Source of the DNA: an uncultured Clostridia bacterium
Lineage (GTDB): Bacteria; Bacillota; Clostridia; Christensenellales; Pumilibacteraceae
NCBI GenBank assembly: GCA_947589465.1
Contig: CANQAE010000013.1
Span: 1 to 32,000 of the forward strand
DNA length: 32,000 nt
Direction of reading: 5' to 3'
The notes beneath the pieces are model-generated. The model saw only the letters and a list, made by a program, of their open reading frames with translations. It had not been told where the DNA came from and did not search any database. This document shows, in pieces, positions 31,552 to 32,000 of the stretch. Within the stretch, counting starts at the first letter, position 1, and each line of letters begins with the position of its first letter. The position numbers and the translations under genes were made by a program.

Positions 31552-32000
31552 TTATTTACGTAGGTCGGTATTGGACAGGGCGACGCCGTAACTGAGGCGC
31601 GAGCCGAAAAGGCGGGAGTAGGTACGTTCGCCGTATCTGTCGCGGATATGATCGCTGTCGAGGTTGGTCGTAAATACGGTGTGTTTTTTTGCGGTCATAC
31701 GTTCGTTTATTACGTGGAACAGATATTCCACAGTCACGTTCTTGATGATATTTTCGCTACCCAGGTCGTCGATTATGAGCAGGTCGCAGTCGAGCAGAGG
31801 TTCGAGATAGCCGAGTTTTTCGTTGTCGAAAGTGGTATGATATTTGAGCATTCTGTTGACGAACGCAAAGGACGAAAGCATAATTACGCTACAACCTTTT
31901 GCAGATAATTCGTTGGCAATGCAAGAGGCGAGGAAGGTTTTGCCCGTGCCGCACCGTCCCATAAACAGCAGATTTAGTTTGTTGGTGTACGGGAATTTGG
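31552..32000 (-). CDS. DnaC/IstB-like AAA+ ATPase (helicase-loader family), 5' end outside the window
   Basis: The ORF stays open beyond the track Met to the window edge (..PKFPYTNKLNLLFMGRCGTGKTF). Walker A GRCGTGKT, Walker B DLLIIDDLG, sensor TTN, C-terminal ERTYSRL. Confidence 0.8.
   Translation of the reverse strand, partial: KFPYTNKLNLLFMGRCGTGKTFLASCIANELSAKGCSVIMLSSFAFVNRMLKYHTTFDNEKLGYLEPLLDCDLLIIDDLGSENIIKNVTVEYLFHVINERMTAKKHTVFTTNLDSDHIRDRYGERTYSRLFGSRLSYGVALSNTDLRK

Noticed and set aside
31552-32000. DnaC/IstB-like ATPase as the helper gene of an IS21-family element or prophage replication module.
   Set aside because: This cannot be decided. No transposase, inverted repeat or phage gene is visible before the window ends. 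The sequence pattern (DLLIIDDLG, TTN, ERTYSRL) fits chromosomal or phage DnaC-like loaders as well as IstB. It is left as a family-level call.

Overview
This looks like an ordinary chromosomal window from a Firmicutes/Clostridia-like genome. The lineage call rests on addAB, mini-RNase III, a YyaC-type sporulation protease homologue, PepV, a Bacillus-type ThyA and AGGAGG-type SDs. I support 23 CDS, two of them cut by the window edges. In order: tail of a membrane protein; a SWIM-SNF2 helicase - htpG - pyrR operon; a 1,898-aa orphan giant membrane-anchored acidic repeat protein; a convergent orphan secreted/lipoprotein; addB-addA; a small acidic ORF; an ArsR/SmtB-type metal repressor, a stand-alone HMA metallochaperone-like protein and a CPC-type Zn/Cd P-type ATPase; then trxA and pepV on the minus strand. 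A tightly packed gltX-mrnC-thyA-folA-rlmB-tpiA-gpmI string follows, then a yyaC-like gene (minus), a cvpA-like gene and a partial DnaC/IstB-like ATPase (minus). I saw no tRNA, rRNA, CRISPR, transposase, integrase or recognisable multi-gene defence system. Two things the housekeeping annotation does not explain. (1) The giant protein is built from six highly diverged copies of a two-part module I cannot assign to any family. It is my best candidate for undescribed biology here. (2) Degenerate tandem-repeat arrays fill three of the four convergent-gene junctions, each between a stop codon and the terminator. The clearest is five ~34-bp A-tract-ended units after the metal pump. Many long ORFs in the track are codon-aligned antisense shadows and were rejected. 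All family calls come from motifs read by eye and no searches were run.
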